A stretch of DNA of 64,000 bases. Origin: Solirubrobacterales bacterium. Lineage in GTDB: Bacteria > Actinomycetota > Thermoleophilia > Solirubrobacterales > 70-9. Of this stretch, positions 11,419 through 22,876 are shown piece after piece. The DNA lies in assembly GCA_035548675.1 (NCBI GenBank), contig DASZSJ010000016.1:796-64795 (forward strand), in the 5' to 3' direction. Position 1 is the stretch's first letter. Each line of letters begins with the position of its first letter. The notes under the pieces are model-generated. The model was not told the DNA's origin, did not search any database, and saw nothing but the letters and a program-made list of their open reading frames with translations. The translations under genes were made by a program, and so were the position numbers.

Positions 11419-14400
11419 CTATCGGCAGTGCACCTTCTTCTTGCCGACCTTGCAGTGCTTGAGGCCGCCGGTCTTGGTCTTCCCCGCGCGGCGCACCTTC
11501 GCGCGCCTCACCTCGCTCTGCCGCAGGTTCGCGACGGCGCGGACCGTCACCGAGCCGGCGGCGCTCTTGCGCACCTTCGTGAAGGTCAGCGAGGGCTTCT
11601 TGGTGGTGGCGAATCGCTGTGGGCCGGCCAGCAGCGACAGCTCGTAGCGCGCCGCGCCGGGCACGGGGCGCCACGAGACGAGAACCTTCGTGCCCTTGCG
11701 CCGCACCCGCAAGCCGCGCGGAGTGGACAGCAGCGGCGACGGCGGCGAGAAGCGCGTCACGACGCGCTCCTCCGCGCTGAGGCCGCCAAGCGTGAAGGCG
11801 GCGAGGACCTTGTGGCGGCCGCGGTCCGGAGCGGGCGTGAAAGCCAGGCGCCCGCGCCCGCCCCGCGTCGTGCCGATCAGCTTGCGAGCGCCGCCGGCGG
11901 ACTCGTCGTAGAAGGAGACCGACTGATGGGGCCGCCTGCCCACGGTGTACTCGAGCACGCGCCTCTCGCCGCGCCCCCGCAGCACGCGGCCGCTGACGCG
12001 GGCGTCGGGCGGATCGGTCGCCTGCGCGGAGCGGACGATCGCCGCCGAGCCGGGCAGCAGTTCGATCCTCCAGGTGCCGGGAGCCTGCAGCCCGACCGTC
12101 GTGAAGTGGGCGTCGCCGGCGTCGGCCCGCACGATGCGCACCTGGCCGTTCGGCGTGTAGGCGAAGCGCCGCTCGCCGGGGTCCAGTGTCTGCGGCCCGG
12201 TGACGCGCACCATCGGGGAGTCGCCGGCGCCGTCGAGGCGAACCGCTTTGGCCTGCTTGCCCACGGTGACCTCGAGCGAGGTCAGCGGCCGGGCGGCGCT
12301 CGTCGAGGCGCGGGCGCGGACGTCGAGCTTGAACGGCGACCACTTGCAGCCGTCGATCGGCCAGATTATCGGCACCCCCGGCCTTGCCCAGAGGACGCCG
12401 CCGCCGACGCTCACCGGACCGAGCGTGGCGCAGGCGCCCGCCCCACCCTCGAGGCCCGGTCCGCGCGAAACGTTGACGACCGACCGCGCGCAGAGGTCGT
12501 CGTCGACCGCGGTCAGGCAGGCGGAGACGTCGCCGTGCACGTTGGAGCGCTGGTTGGCGAGGTTGTACTCGCCGCCGAGCGCGCCGTTGACCGAGAAGAT
12601 GCCGAGCACGTTGACGCCGGCGCCGCCGCCGAGGGCGACGTAGCCCGGCGCTTCGTAGAGCATGTAGCCGCCGGCGAGCTTCGTCTCGCCGAGGACCGGG
12701 AGCGCCAGCAGGACGTCGGCGCCGGCGGCGAGGAGCGGGCGCGTGAACTCCGTGTCGTAAAGGCTCGGCGGGAAGGCGTTGCCGACCTCGCCGCGTTGCA
12801 GCCGGTACGGCGCCTGGGCGCTCGGGAAGGCGATCAGCTCGTTGCCGTCGAGCTTGACGATCGAGCCGAGCGAGATCCGCCCGCCGCCGAACACGCGGGA
12901 CGGGTTGAGCCCGAATCCCGCGCCAATACTCTGCAGGAACACGCCCGGGCTGAGCGTCAGCCCAGGCGACCCGAAGTCCTGGCCGGTGCGCGCGTAGACG
13001 AGCTCGTTGCCCTGCAGGCGAATGCCGCCCTGGGGCGCCTGGAAGTTCAAGCAGCCGGGTCCGAACAGGCAGGCGCGCATCCCGCCGACCCACTGGTTCG
13101 ACCCCGGGTCATAGCTGATGCGCAGGCCCTTGAGGTCAATCAGCCCGAAGCTCGCTTCCATCGGGCCGAGCGACGGCACGCTGCTGGTCGAGAGGCCGTC
13201 CGGCGTCGCGTACAGGCGCACCTGCGGCTGCAGGTTGACGCCGTTACGGCGCACGAAGCTGGGCAGCTTGATGGCGGTGTCGATCGTCGCCAGGCTCGTG
13301 CCGAGGGACACCGTGAAGTCCCCCGTGTAGGGGAAGCCGCCGAGCTTCGGGAACCCGGCCGGTCGCTCCACGAGCCCGAGGTCGATGCCTCCCGATCGCG
13401 TGGTGAGCTGCAGCTTGAACCCCGAGAAGTACGACCGCAGCGGCTGGCCCGCAACGCGGACGAAAGCGTTCGAGCTCGTCAGCACCCCGGCCTGGGGATA
13501 GGCGACGAGGCTTGCCCTGCCGACCGGCGTGACCGGCCAGCGGCCGTTGAGCATTGCGGTGCCGGCGATTGCGTACCCATCGGCGAGTTCGGTGGCGCGC
13601 CCGAGCAGGCTAGTGTTGCTCGTAAACAGGCCGTAGGCGAGATTGAGCGCATCGAGCACGCCGCGCTCGCCCGCGGGAATGTCCGCTAGGCCCTCGATCG
13701 GTCGCATGCAGCCCGAGATCGTCAGCGCGCCCGAGTACACGGTGATTCCGCCGCAGCCGGAGGCCTTGCCCGTCAGCACGCCCTCGGTGCCGGTCGCATA
13801 AACCGGATCGTCATTGGGCGGCCGGCCGCTAAGGACTTCCTTGGCGTAACCGTCGGTCGGCGCCTTGGCGCCCGTGAGGGCACGGGTGTAGGTCTGCGAC
13901 CCGCCGGGGCTGAACACCTTGGCGCTCACGTCGGTCGGCCCGTCGAGACGCAGGCGCAGGCTGCGCTGCAGGACCCCGTTGACAGCACTGCCGACCAGCG
14001 CCCGAGTGCTCTTGCCGACGCGCCACTCGACACGGTTGGCCGTGGCCGACGTGCTGACGGTCAGGACCGTGGCTCTGCCCGAGACGATTTTCCCCGCGAC
14101 CTGGATCGCGCTCGGCACCCGTGGCTCGGGCGGCGGCGGAGGCTCAGCTGGCGGGACCGGTGGCGTCGGGGTCCCCGCCGGCTGCGGCAGATCGCCAAAG
14201 CGGACGGTTACACGGGTGTTCTCGCCGTCGTTCACCTCATAGGCGACCGCGGCCGTCCCGTCCGGGCCCACGGCCAGGTCCTCGAAGCCGATGTCGTCAG
14301 GGCCGAGGTCGAGCGGCTGGCTGTAAGCGGGCAGGGGCCCCGGCTCGCGCTGCGCGAAGAACAGGTGGTCGTTCTTGCTGAAGACCAGCGAGCCGCGGCC

Positions 14401-15528
14401 GCTGTCGTCGAACTCGGTGGGGGTCTCCGGAATCCCGGCGGGCAGCGGCCTGGCGCCGTCGAAGGACACCGCGTCGGGCGGCAGGTAGACGTCGCGCCCG
14501 CGGGCTTCGTCGAGGTGGATGACGTCGGCGATCCCGGCGCCCGTCGGGTCGTGTGCCGCCGGGCCCCACTGCGTATCGGCGCCGAACTCGGCTGCTTTGA
14601 GGATCCAGATACCGCCGGCCAGCCCTTCCCGGTAGGCGAACTCGGCCTCGAAGTCACCTACGCCCGAGGTCTCGCGCGTGTAGGAGATGACGCTGCGGTT
14701 GGCGTTGAAGGCGACGACCTGCGGCTGGTTCAGCGACCGTCCGACACCCCTGCTGGCGACGAGCTGCTGCGTGAGGTACGTCCCGTTCGCGTTGCGCTGA
14801 ATGGCGCGGACCTCCGAGGGCAACTGGTCGGAGCCCGAGAACGTCGGGTTGTCGAGCCAGACGATGAGGGCGTTGCCGGCTTTGTCGAAGGCCATGTCCG
14901 TGGAGTAGACGTTGGCGTGCGCGCTCGATCCCGGATCGCTCGGGCCGCCCTGCCACAGCGAGGTGAACCCGCCGAAGCTCCCCCCGGGCGGGCGCGTCCA
15001 GACGACCACGCTCGTGTGTTGCGCGTCGTCGTCGCGGGTGCCGAGCACGAGGGCGTTGCCGTTGCTGTCGATCCCGATGTTGCGCAGGACGTAGTTGATC
15101 GTCGGACTGGTCAGCACCTCAGGAGCGCCGAACGCCTCCCCCGGTTTGCGCACCGCGACGGCAACGGAGTTGACCGAAGACCCCGCGCTCGCGCGCTGGT
15201 TCCAGGCGAGGACGGCCGTGCCGTCGCGCCCGACCGCCAGGCGTGCACCGTCGGCGTCGCGGTCGGCGGGCGACAGCGTCTGCGATGAGCCGAGGAAGCC
15301 GCGCCGCGTGCGCGTGGCGACGTGCACCCGCGTGTGGCCGTCCTCGGTCTCCTGCCAGGCGACCACGGCACCGCCGCTCGCATCGACGCCAGCGACCGGG
15401 AACTCCCCGTTGGTCTCCCCAGTGGAGACCGTCTGCGGCGCCGTCCACACCAACTCGGCCTGTGCGGCGGGCGGGAAGGAGCAAGCCAAGAGCACGAGCA
15501 CGAGCGCACCGACTGGGCCAAGCCGCAT
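11419..15528 (-). CDS. large secreted protein (1369 aa): repeat-rich N-terminal region, Pro-rich linker, C-terminal FN3-like domain, basic tail
   Basis: Signal peptide [24 protein letters not shown]. Recurring motifs of the form ..G.AVVAW.. / ALIVW suggest a beta-propeller-like fold. Also [14 protein letters not shown], and [28 protein letters not shown] (FN3-like). Confidence 0.75.
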   Translation of the reverse strand: MRLGPVGALVLVLLACSFPPAAQAELVWTAPQTVSTGETNGEFPVAGVDASGGAVVAWQETEDGHTRVHVATRTRRGFLGSSQTLSPADRDADGARLAVGRDGTAVLAWNQRASAGSSVNSVAVAVRKPGEAFGAPEVLTSPTINYVLRNIGIDSNGNALVLGTRDDDAQHTSVVVWTRPPGGSFGGFTSLWQGGPSDPGSSAHANVYSTDMAFDKAGNALIVWLDNPTFSGSDQLPSEVRAIQRNANGTYLTQQLVASRGVGRSLNQPQVVAFNANRSVISYTRETSGVGDFEAEFAYREGLAGGIWILKAAEFGADTQWGPAAHDPTGAGIADVIHLDEARGRDVYLPPDAVSFDGARPLPAGIPETPTEFDDSGRGSLVFSKNDHLFFAQREPGPLPAYSQPLDLGPDDIGFEDLAVGPDGTAAVAYEVNDGENTRVTVRFGDLPQPAGTPTPPVPPAEPPPPPEPRVPSAIQVAGKIVSGRATVLTVSTSATANRVEWRVGKSTRALVGSAVNGVLQRSLRLRLDGPTDVSAKVFSPGGSQTYTRALTGAKAPTDGYAKEVLSGRPPNDDPVYATGTEGVLTGKASGCGGITVYSGALTISGCMRPIEGLADIPAGERGVLDALNLAYGLFTSNTSLLGRATELADGYAIAGTAMLNGRWPVTPVGRASLVAYPQAGVLTSSNAFVRVAGQPLRSYFSGFKLQLTTRSGGIDLGLVERPAGFPKLGGFPYTGDFTVSLGTSLATIDTAIKLPSFVRRNGVNLQPQVRLYATPDGLSTSSVPSLGPMEASFGLIDLKGLRISYDPGSNQWVGGMRACLFGPGCLNFQAPQGGIRLQGNELVYARTGQDFGSPGLTLSPGVFLQSIGAGFGLNPSRVFGGGRISLGSIVKLDGNELIAFPSAQAPYRLQRGEVGNAFPPSLYDTEFTRPLLAAGADVLLALPVLGETKLAGGYMLYEAPGYVALGGGAGVNVLGIFSVNGALGGEYNLANQRSNVHGDVSACLTAVDDDLCARSVVNVSRGPGLEGGAGACATLGPVSVGGGVLWARPGVPIIWPIDGCKWSPFKLDVRARASTSAARPLTSLEVTVGKQAKAVRLDGAGDSPMVRVTGPQTLDPGERRFAYTPNGQVRIVRADAGDAHFTTVGLQAPGTWRIELLPGSAAIVRSAQATDPPDARVSGRVLRGRGERRVLEYTVGRRPHQSVSFYDESAGGARKLIGTTRGGRGRLAFTPAPDRGRHKVLAAFTLGGLSAEERVVTRFSPPSPLLSTPRGLRVRRKGTKVLVSWRPVPGAARYELSLLAGPQRFATTKKPSLTFTKVRKSAAGSVTVRAVANLRQSEVRRAKVRRAGKTKTGGLKHCKVGKKKVHCR

Positions 15529-15626
15529 CGGCGCAGGCTATAAGACCGGTCAGGATCGCGTGACCCCGCGGCGTGCGACATCAATTTCCACAGGACGCGC
15601 CGACGCCCTCCACACCTCGGCCGAGG

Positions 15627-16388
15627 CTAGCTGGCTTCTTCGTGCCAGGGAGTGAGGATCCGCGGACCCTCGGCCGTCACGGCCACGGTGAACTCGAAGT
15701 GCGCCGCGAGGGAACCGTCCTGTGAGTACACCGCCCAACCGTCGTCGCCCATCTTGACCAGGGCGCCGCCCGCGTTGACCATCGGCTCGATCGCCAGCAC
15801 GGTCCCCGCCTCGAGCAGCGGGCCCTTGCCGGGGGTACCGAAGTTGGGGACCTGGGGCTCCTCGTGCATCTCGCGACCGATGCCGTGACCGACCAGGGTG
15901 CGGATGATCGAGAGGCCCTCGATCTCGACCGCCTTCTGGATCGCAGCGGAGACGTCGCCGAGCCTGTTGCCCGGTTGCATCTGCTCGACCCCGGCGAAGA
16001 GCGAGGCCCTGGTCACGTCGAGCAGCTTGCGCGCGCCGGGCTCGATCGGGCCGACCGGCACCGTCATCGCCGCGTCGGCGACCCAGCCGTCCTTGATCAC
16101 GCCGACGTCGATCGAGAGCACGTCGCCGCGCTTGAGCTCGTAGTGACCGGGGATGCCGTGCACGACCATCGAGTTGGGCGAGGCGCAGATCGAGCCGGGG
16201 AAACCCCGGTAGCCCTTGAAGGCGGGCTCCGCTCCCTGCGAGCGGATCAGCTTCTCCGCCGCCAGGTCCAGCTCCTTGGTAGTCACGCCCGGCCTGGCCT
16301 TGCCTTTGAGCATGTGCAGGCAACGGACGAGGATCTCACCGGCAGCCGCCATCTTGTCGACCTGCTCTGGCGTCTTGGTGATGATCAT
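15627..16388 (-). CDS. map: type I methionine aminopeptidase
   Basis: Internal ATG (MIITKTPEQVDKM...) of ORF 15627..16493. The upstream part of that ORF overlaps the family A repeat. Confidence 0.9.
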   Translation of the reverse strand: MIITKTPEQVDKMAAAGEILVRCLHMLKGKARPGVTTKELDLAAEKLIRSQGAEPAFKGYRGFPGSICASPNSMVVHGIPGHYELKRGDVLSIDVGVIKDGWVADAAMTVPVGPIEPGARKLLDVTRASLFAGVEQMQPGNRLGDVSAAIQKAVEIEGLSIIRTLVGHGIGREMHEEPQVPNFGTPGKGPLLEAGTVLAIEPMVNAGGALVKMGDDGWAVYSQDGSLAAHFEFTVAVTAEGPRILTPWHEEAS

Positions 16389-16401
16389 TCCGTACACGCT
16401 A

Positions 16402-16530
16402 GCCCCCCGCCCGCGTGGTGCTCGATGCCGAGTGTTCGATTTGCCACCGTATATGGGGGTCAATCGAACACTCAGCGCCGCGGGCTCGCCCAAAGTGCGG
16501 CTCAGGTCCCTTGCTCACGGGAATTCCGTG
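16402..16530 (+). repeat. family A structured repeat, copy 3 (inside the adk-map intercistronic gap)
   Basis: Core tttgccaccgtatatgggggtcaatcga at 16440-16467, flanked by the complementary stems gagtgttcga and tcgaacactc. Confidence 0.7.
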
Positions 16531-16541
16531 GGATCGATCAT

Positions 16542-17225
16542 CTAGATCGCCTCGTCGGCCTCGAGGCGCATCGTCGCCAGGGTGCGCCGGATCTCGTCGG
16601 CTACCGCGTCGGGCGCGGCCGCGCCGTCGATCTGGCGCAGCAGGCTCTGGCTGTCGTAATGCTCGACCAGCGGCGCCGTCTTCTCGTGGTACTGCTCGAG
16701 CCGGTGGCGGATCACCTCGGGCTTGTCGTCGTCGCGGGTGATCAGTTCGCTGCCGTCGACGTCGCAGACCCCCTCCTGCTGGGGCGGGTTGAACTCGACG
16801 TGGAAGACGTGGCCGTTCTCGACGCAGGTGCGACGGCCGCCGAGCCGGCGCACGACCTCCTCGTCGCTGACGTTGATCAGCAGCACAGCGGTCAGCTCGC
16901 GGCCGAGCTCCTTTAGCTTCGCCGCCAGCGCCTCGGCCTGTGGCGCGGTCCGCGGGAAGCCGTCGAGGATGAAGCCGTCGGCCGCCTCGGGGGAGTCGAT
17001 CCGCTCGCCGATCATGCCGACGATCACCTCGTCGGGGACGAGATCGCCGCGGTCCATGTAGCCCTTTGCGGCGCGGCCCAACTCCGTCCCCTCGCGCACC
17101 GCGGCGCGCAGGATGTCGCCGGTCGCGTAGTAGGGCAGCTCCAGGTCCTCCTGCAGCCGCTCACCCTGGGTGCCCTTGCCGGATCCCGGGGGGCCGAGCA
17201 GTACGAGATTGAGTTCAGATGACAT
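16542..17225 (-). CDS. adk: adenylate kinase
   Basis: P-loop GPPGSGKGTQ, in the conserved position after secY. Confidence 0.95.
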   Translation of the reverse strand: MSSELNLVLLGPPGSGKGTQGERLQEDLELPYYATGDILRAAVREGTELGRAAKGYMDRGDLVPDEVIVGMIGERIDSPEAADGFILDGFPRTAPQAEALAAKLKELGRELTAVLLINVSDEEVVRRLGGRRTCVENGHVFHVEFNPPQQEGVCDVDGSELITRDDDKPEVIRHRLEQYHEKTAPLVEHYDSQSLLRQIDGAAAPDAVADEIRRTLATMRLEADEAI

Positions 17226-17266
17226 GGTCGTGGAATTGGACTATTGAAATCGATTCACAAAGCCGA

Positions 17267-17390
17267 GCTGCGAACGGCCGTGAAAACCAAGCAGATCGTG
17301 GGACGCAGGGAGGCTGGTGAGGGGAGCGCACTGTTCTGTGCGTGACCCGATCCAGCCGACCGAGGACCGCGATATGCGCCGGTTTGCAGC
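17267..17390 (-). repeat. family C intercistronic structured repeat, copy 1 (secY-adk gap; most divergent copy)
   Basis: In mRNA sense it reads ggcgcatatcgcggtcctcgg, then a hairpin, then ccctgcgtcccacgatctgcttgg. The closing stem is gctgcgaac / gtttgcagc. Confidence 0.6.
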
Positions 17391-17404
17391 GGCCGCGACG
17401 AAGG

Positions 17405-18676
17405 TTATTTAAGAAACCCCTCGTAGTTGCGCATCATTAGCTGCGCCTCCAACTGCTTCACCGTTTCCAGCGCGACGCCGATCACGATCAGGATCGAGGT
17501 GCCGCCGAAGGCGAAGTTGGCTGACGTCTGGCTGATCAGGATCGTCGGCAGAGCAGCAACCGCACCCAGGTAGAGGGCACCGGGGAAGGTGAGGCGGGAG
17601 AGGATGCGATCGAGGTACTCGGCCGTGGGCCGGCCGGGACGCACGCCGGGGATGAAGCCGCCGTACTTCTTCAGGTTGTCCGCCTGGTCGACCGGATTGA
17701 AGGTGACCGCGGTGTAGAAGTAGGTGAAGATGATGATGAAGAAGACCTCGCCGACGACGTAGGCCCAGCTGCTGGGGCTGAAGAAGGCGGCGAAGTCGAG
17801 CGCGGCGGGGGTGTTGAGGAGCTGGCCGATGGTCGGCGGGAAGGCCATGATCGAGGCGGCGAAGATGACCGGGATGACGCCGGCCATGTTGACCCGCAGC
17901 GGCAGGTAGGTCGAGCCGCCCGAGGTCATTTTCCGCCCGACGACTCGTTTCGCGTACTGCACCGGGATGCGCCGCTGCCCCTCCTGCACGAAGACGATGC
18001 CGACGATCACGGCGAGCGCGATGAAGGGCATCATCACGACGAAGACCTGGTCGGGGTTGGTCCACCAGGACTGCAGGCCCTGGGGTAGGCCGGAGACGAT
18101 CGAGGCGAAGATCATCAGCGAGATGCCGTTGCCGATGCCGCGCTGGGTGATCAGCTCGCCCAGCCACATCAGCAGCGTGCAGCCTGCCGTCAGCGAGATC
18201 ACGATCAGCAGCACCTTGGGGCCGGTGAGGCTGCCGAGGAAGTTGTTGCCGCCTTCCTGGCCGAAGGACTGGAAGAGGTAGACGTAGCCGAAGGACTGGG
18301 CGAAGGCCAGGCCGACGGTGAGGTAGCGCGTGTACTGGGTGATCTTCTGCTGGCCTACCTCGCCTTCTTTCTGCAGCTTCTCGAGCGAGGGCACAACCAC
18401 GGTCAGCAGCTGCAGGATGATCGAGGCGGTGATGTAGGGCATGATCCCCAGCGCGAAGAGCGAGAGCCGCGAGAGGCTGCCGCCGGAGAAGCTGTTGAGC
18501 AGGTTGAGAATGCCGCCGCCGCCGAAGTTGCTCTCCAGTTCCTTGACCGCTTCGATGTCGACCCCGGGCGCGGGGATGTAGGCGCCGAGCCGGTACAGCA
18601 GCAGCATCGCCGCGGTGAACGCAAGCTTCTTGCGAATGTCGGCGACGCTAAAGGCGTTCGCAATGGTCCGGAGCAT
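17405..18676 (-). CDS. secY: preprotein translocase subunit SecY
   Basis: 423-aa polytopic membrane protein in conserved synteny. Confidence 0.95.
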   Translation of the reverse strand: MLRTIANAFSVADIRKKLAFTAAMLLLYRLGAYIPAPGVDIEAVKELESNFGGGGILNLLNSFSGGSLSRLSLFALGIMPYITASIILQLLTVVVPSLEKLQKEGEVGQQKITQYTRYLTVGLAFAQSFGYVYLFQSFGQEGGNNFLGSLTGPKVLLIVISLTAGCTLLMWLGELITQRGIGNGISLMIFASIVSGLPQGLQSWWTNPDQVFVVMMPFIALAVIVGIVFVQEGQRRIPVQYAKRVVGRKMTSGGSTYLPLRVNMAGVIPVIFAASIMAFPPTIGQLLNTPAALDFAAFFSPSSWAYVVGEVFFIIIFTYFYTAVTFNPVDQADNLKKYGGFIPGVRPGRPTAEYLDRILSRLTFPGALYLGAVAALPTILISQTSANFAFGGTSILIVIGVALETVKQLEAQLMMRNYEGFLK

Positions 18677-19173
18677 TAGCGCTCCAGAGTGTGGCAGGAA
18701 CCGCCAGCCGCTTCTATCTTCTCCTTGGCGGCGGCGCTGAAGGCGTGCGCTTTGACGGTTAGCTGCTTGGAGATCTCACCGCGGGCGAGGATCTTGACCG
18801 GCTCGGAGCGCTTGGCGAGGCCCTTCTCCTTCAGGGTCTCGGGCGTCACTTCGGCGCCGGCGTCGAAGCGCTCCTCCAGGTCAGCGAGGTTGACCGGCTG
18901 CGACTTGGTCCGGAAGTTCTCGAACGGCATCGACTGCTTTTTGTGCGGTCCACGGAGCTTTCGCATCCGCATGTGGATCGGGTTCTGCCCGCCTTCGTAA
19001 TTGGCCTTCCGTTTCGAGCCCGACCGCGCTCCGGCGCCCTTGTGCCCACGCCCTGAGGTCTTCCCCAGGCCGGAGCCCTCGCCGCGCCCGATCCGCTTGC
19101 GCGCCTTCCGCGAACTCGGCTTCGGCCGCAGGTTGTGCAGCCCGATCTCCTCCGAGCGCTCCTTCTCAGCCAT
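18676..19173 (-). CDS. rplO: 50S ribosomal protein L15
   Basis: 165 aa, including the typical L15 sequence GRGHKGAGARSG. Confidence 0.95.
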   Translation of the reverse strand: MAEKERSEEIGLHNLRPKPSSRKARKRIGRGEGSGLGKTSGRGHKGAGARSGSKRKANYEGGQNPIHMRMRKLRGPHKKQSMPFENFRTKSQPVNLADLEERFDAGAEVTPETLKEKGLAKRSEPVKILARGEISKQLTVKAHAFSAAAKEKIEAAGGSCHTLER

Positions 19174-19340
19174 CAGCCATCCACCTCGACGAGATGGGAC
19201 ACGGTACGAATCTGCCCCTGCAACTGCGGGGAATCTTTGCGCTCAACGGCCTTGCCGATACGGCCCAAGCCGAGTGCCTTCAGCGTCGCTTTCTGCGACG
19301 GATTGGACCCAGCGGTCGATCGAACCTGCTTGATCTTCAC
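19173..19340 (-). CDS. rpmD: 50S ribosomal protein L30
   Basis: Not in the ORF track because it is 55 aa with a GTG start. My translation: VKIKQVRSTAGSNPSQKATLKALGLGRIGKAVERKDSPQLQGQIRTVSHLVEVDG. Its stop overlaps the rplO start. Confidence 0.9.
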   Translation of the reverse strand: MKIKQVRSTAGSNPSQKATLKALGLGRIGKAVERKDSPQLQGQIRTVSHLVEVDG

Positions 19341-19345
19341 CCCAC

Positions 19346-20188
19346 TCACGAGCCCTCACCCTCGCCCGAGCCCTCAGAAGCTTTTTCCTCGGCCGGAGCA
19401 TCCGCCTCAACCGCCGGAGCCTCCTCAGCCTTCGGCTCCGCGGCGGTCGCCTCAGTCTCTGCTGGAGCCGCATCTGCCTCGGCGGCCTGTCCCTCGTCAG
19501 CGTTCGCCGACCCGGCCTCTCCGGCGGGTGGCGCTGTAGGGGGGCCCGCCGCCGTGGAAGCTTTAGCTACCGCAGGCGGTGGGGGGTCCCCTGCAGCGAC
19601 AGGACCCGCCGGCGAGGGCTCGTCCGAACCCTGCTCGAGGGTCACCGCCCCGTTGCTCTTCTCCACGCCCAGAACCTGTGCCACCGTCAGCCCCCGCAGC
19701 TCAGCAACCTCCTCGGGCCGACGAAGACGGATCAACCCGTCCATCGTCGCCTTGACCAGATTGATCGGATTCTGCGTCCCGATGCTCTTGGTCAACACGT
19801 CCTTGACGCCGCCGAGCTCGAGCACGGCGCGCACGCCGCCGCCGGCGATCACGCCGGTGCCGGGGCTGGCCGGGCGCAGGACGACGTGGCCGGCGCCGTA
19901 GCGGCCGATGATCTTGTGGGTGATCGTCTGGCCGTATTTGGGGATGCGGATCAAGTTCTTGCGGGCGTTCTCGACGCCCTTCTGGATCGCCAGCGGCACC
20001 TCGCGCGCCTTGCCGTAGCCGATCCCGACCACGCCCTCTTCGTCGCCGACGGCGACGAGCGCGGTGAAGGAGAAGCGGCGGCCGCCCTTGACCACCTTGG
20101 CGACGCGGTTGATCTCGATCACGCGCTCCTGCAGGTCGAGCCCGCGCGGGCTGACCGTCTCGACGTTGGTTGCATCCATTCCCTTCAT
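19346..20188 (-). CDS. rpsE: 30S ribosomal protein S5 with an Ala/Glu/Pro-rich C-terminal extension of about 95 aa
   Basis: S5 core ([14 protein letters not shown]...), followed by the tail [21 protein letters not shown]...[14 protein letters not shown]. Confidence 0.9.
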   Translation of the reverse strand: MKGMDATNVETVSPRGLDLQERVIEINRVAKVVKGGRRFSFTALVAVGDEEGVVGIGYGKAREVPLAIQKGVENARKNLIRIPKYGQTITHKIIGRYGAGHVVLRPASPGTGVIAGGGVRAVLELGGVKDVLTKSIGTQNPINLVKATMDGLIRLRRPEEVAELRGLTVAQVLGVEKSNGAVTLEQGSDEPSPAGPVAAGDPPPPAVAKASTAAGPPTAPPAGEAGSANADEGQAAEADAAPAETEATAAEPKAEEAPAVEADAPAEEKASEGSGEGEGS

Positions 20189-20211
20189 AAGCAGCGGTCC
20201 AAGGTACAGGA

Positions 20212-20565
20212 CTAGAAGACCAGTCCCCCCTCTCGCGCTCCCTCGGCCAGCGCCTTGACCCGGCCGTGGTACTGGTAGCCACCGCGATCGAAGACGCAGC
20301 TCTCGACGCCGGCCGCCCTGGCCCGCTCGGCGAGGAGTTCCCCCGCCCGCTTGGCCTGCTCGGAAGCCGACAGCTTGCGCAGCTCGGGCTCGATCCAGTT
20401 GACGGCGGCGACGGTGTGGCCCTGGCCGTCGTCGATCAGCTGGGCGAAGACCCCCCGGTTGGAGCGGTAGACGGAGAGGCGCGGGCGCTCCGCCGTGCCG
20501 GTCACGCGGGCGCGCACGCGGCGCCGACGGCGCAGGCGGCGCTGCCGATTGGTGAGAACGGTCAT
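20212..20565 (-). CDS. rplR: 50S ribosomal protein L18
   Basis: Internal ATG ([21 protein letters not shown]...) of ORF 20212..21144, giving 117 aa. Confidence 0.93.
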   Translation of the reverse strand: MTVLTNRQRRLRRRRRVRARVTGTAERPRLSVYRSNRGVFAQLIDDGQGHTVAAVNWIEPELRKLSASEQAKRAGELLAERARAAGVESCVFDRGGYQYHGRVKALAEGAREGGLVF

Positions 20566-20567
20566 GC

Positions 20568-21101
20568 CTACGCCCTCTTCCCGACCTTGCGCATCACGTG
20601 CTCGTCGCGGTAGCGAATGCCCTTGCCCTTGTAGGGCTCCGGCGGACGGCGCTTGCGGATGTCCGCGGCGACCTGGCCGACCAGCTGCTTGTCGATGCCG
20701 CGCACGATGATCTCGGTCTGCTGCGGCACCTCGAACTCGATGCCCTCGGGGGCTTCGATCGAGACTGGATGCGAGTAGCCGAGCGCCAGCTCCAGGTTCT
20801 TGCCCTTGAGCTGGGCGCGGTAGCCGACGCCCTGGATCTCCAGCCGCTTCTCGAAGCCCTCGGTGACGCCCTCGACCATGTTGGCGATCAGGCTGCGGGT
20901 GAGCCCGTGCAGGGCGCGGTGCTCGCCGCGATTGGTGGGTCGTTCCACCGTGAGCACACCATCGGCCTGCGCGACCTTCATCTCCACCGAGAGGCTCTGG
21001 GCGAGCTCGCCCTTCGGGCCCTTGACGGAGACACGGCCGGGCGCAACGTCGATCGTGACGCTCTCGGGCACGCTGATTGGCTTTCTTCCGATCCGGCTCA
21101 T
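20568..21101 (-). CDS. rplF: 50S ribosomal protein L6
   Basis: N-terminus [15 protein letters not shown]... Confidence 0.95.
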   Translation of the reverse strand: MSRIGRKPISVPESVTIDVAPGRVSVKGPKGELAQSLSVEMKVAQADGVLTVERPTNRGEHRALHGLTRSLIANMVEGVTEGFEKRLEIQGVGYRAQLKGKNLELALGYSHPVSIEAPEGIEFEVPQQTEIIVRGIDKQLVGQVAADIRKRRPPEPYKGKGIRYRDEHVMRKVGKRA

Positions 21102-21109
21102 CTAAATCC

Positions 21110-21505
21110 TCACCAGACGTAGGCGACGACCTCGCCGCCGACACCCTTGGCCTTCGCTTCGTGGCCGGTCATCACCCCGACCGAGGTGCTGAGGATCGCG
21201 GTGCCGGTGCCACCGTCGACGCGGGGCACTTCTTTGTGGTCGACGTAGCGACGGCGACCGGGACGGGAGATCCGCTGGAGACCGGTAATGACCGGGCGGC
21301 GATCCTCCGTGTACTTGAGGCGGATCTTGATCTCCTCGCCGACCCGGGCGGGCTGCTTGGCGAAATCGAGGATGTAGCCCTGCTCCTTGAGCAGGCGCGA
21401 CATCTCCAGCTTCAGCCGCGAGGCGGGGATCTCCACCTCGTCGTGGCCGGAGCCGAGCGCGTTGCGGATCCGGGTCAGGTAGTCGGCTATCGGGTCGGTC
21501 AGCAT
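21110..21505 (-). CDS. rpsH: 30S ribosomal protein S8
   Basis: N-terminus [16 protein letters not shown]... Confidence 0.95.
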   Translation of the reverse strand: MLTDPIADYLTRIRNALGSGHDEVEIPASRLKLEMSRLLKEQGYILDFAKQPARVGEEIKIRLKYTEDRRPVITGLQRISRPGRRRYVDHKEVPRVDGGTGTAILSTSVGVMTGHEAKAKGVGGEVVAYVW

Positions 21506-21527
21506 CTTGGTCTCTTGCTCTGTCGGG

Positions 21528-21713
21528 CTACCAGCTGGACTTGGTCATGCCGGGGATGTGACCCTCGTGCGCGGCCTCCCGCAGGCAGATCCGGCAGAGG
21601 CCGAACTTGCGGTAGTAGGCGCGCGGCCGGCCACAGCGGCGGCAGCGGTTGTATTCACGGGACTTGAACTTGGCCTTGCGGCCCTGCTTCACCTTCAGCG
21701 AAGTCTTAGCCAT
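21528..21713 (-). CDS. rpsN: 30S ribosomal protein S14, type Z (zinc-binding)
   Basis: 61 aa with CRRCGRP...CRIC. Confidence 0.95.
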   Translation of the reverse strand: MAKTSLKVKQGRKAKFKSREYNRCRRCGRPRAYYRKFGLCRICLREAAHEGHIPGMTKSSW

Positions 21714-22539
21714 TCTCCTGATTCTCCTCGCCGGCCGCGTCGCCGGCCTCCTGGTCGCTCTCGGCGGCTGCGCCCTCGTCGCCCTCCGCCTCGCCTTCGC
21801 CCTCTGCTTCGGGCTTCTCGTAGGCCTCTGGGTTCTCTTCCTTCAGTTGCTCCAGCGCCGCCTGCTCGGCCTCGGCCCGCTGGCGCGCCTCCTCCTTGCG
21901 CTTCTCCTCCTCGGCGGCCTCCTGCGCCTCGACGTCGGCGTCGGGTTTGCCGGGCCGGCCCTCTTTGGCAAAGGGCATACCCAGGCCGAGCAGCAGCTCG
22001 AAGGCCTCCTCGTCGCTCGCCGCCGTGGTCGTGATCGTCACGTCCAGGCCACGCACCTCGTCGATCGAGTCGTAGTCGATTTCGGGGAAGATCAGCTGCT
22101 CCTTGACGCCCATCGAGTAGTTGCCGCGGCCGTCGAAGGAGCGCGGGTTGAGGCCGCGGAAGTCACGGATGCGCGGCACCGCGATCGAGCAGAGGCGGTC
22201 GAGGAACTCCCACATACGGGCGCGGCGCAGCGTCACCGAGAGGCCGACCGGCATCCCCTCGCGCACCTTGAAGGAAGCGATCGACTTGCGGGCGCGGCGG
22301 ATGCTCGGCTGCTGACCGGCGATCGTCGCCAGCTGCTCCTGCGCGGCTTCCATCATCTTGGCGTTCTGCTTGGCCTCGCCCAGGCCCATGTTGAGCGTGA
22401 TCTTCTGCAGGCGCGGTACCTGCATCGCCGACGAGTAGCCGAACTTCTGCGTCAGCGCCGGGGCGACCTCCTGTTCGTAGCGTTCGCGCAGGCGCGGCGG
22501 CGGCGCGGCCTGTGACTGGGGGGTCATCGTCGCCTCCAT
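21706..22539 (-). CDS. rplE: 50S ribosomal protein L5 with an acidic C-terminal extension of about 85 aa
   Basis: L5 core ([15 protein letters not shown]...), followed by the tail ...[23 protein letters not shown]...[12 protein letters not shown] overlap with the rplX stop. Confidence 0.9.
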   Translation of the reverse strand: MEATMTPQSQAAPPPRLRERYEQEVAPALTQKFGYSSAMQVPRLQKITLNMGLGEAKQNAKMMEAAQEQLATIAGQQPSIRRARKSIASFKVREGMPVGLSVTLRRARMWEFLDRLCSIAVPRIRDFRGLNPRSFDGRGNYSMGVKEQLIFPEIDYDSIDEVRGLDVTITTTAASDEEAFELLLGLGMPFAKEGRPGKPDADVEAQEAAEEEKRKEEARQRAEAEQAALEQLKEENPEAYEKPEAEGEGEAEGDEGAAAESDQEAGDAAGEENQENG

Positions 22540-22874
22540 CAGAACGCGCTCCCGCTCCGCTTCGCGTAGCGCTCGCGCTTGCCGCCTTTGTCGCTGCGCA
22601 CGCCGACGCGGGTCGGTTTGTTGTCTTTGGGGTCGAGCAGCATCACGTTGGAGACGTGGATCGGCCCCTCCTTCTCGACGATGCCACCGGCCTGGGGGTT
22701 TTTCAGGTCGGCCTGCGAGCGCGGCCTTTCGTGGCGCTTGACCATGTTCAGGTGCTCGACGTAGACGCGGTTGCGCTTCGGCTCCGTGCGCACCACGCGC
22801 CCGGTCTTGCCGGCGTCCTTGCCGCCGATCACCATCACCTGGTCGTCTTTGCGGATTCGCATGCGCTTGGCCAC
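22539..22874 (-). CDS. rplX: 50S ribosomal protein L24
   Basis: 111 aa with a KOW motif ([19 protein letters not shown]). Confidence 0.95.
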   Translation of the reverse strand: MAKRMRIRKDDQVMVIGGKDAGKTGRVVRTEPKRNRVYVEHLNMVKRHERPRSQADLKNPQAGGIVEKEGPIHVSNVMLLDPKDNKPTRVGVRSDKGGKRERYAKRSGSAF

Positions 22875-22876
22875 GG

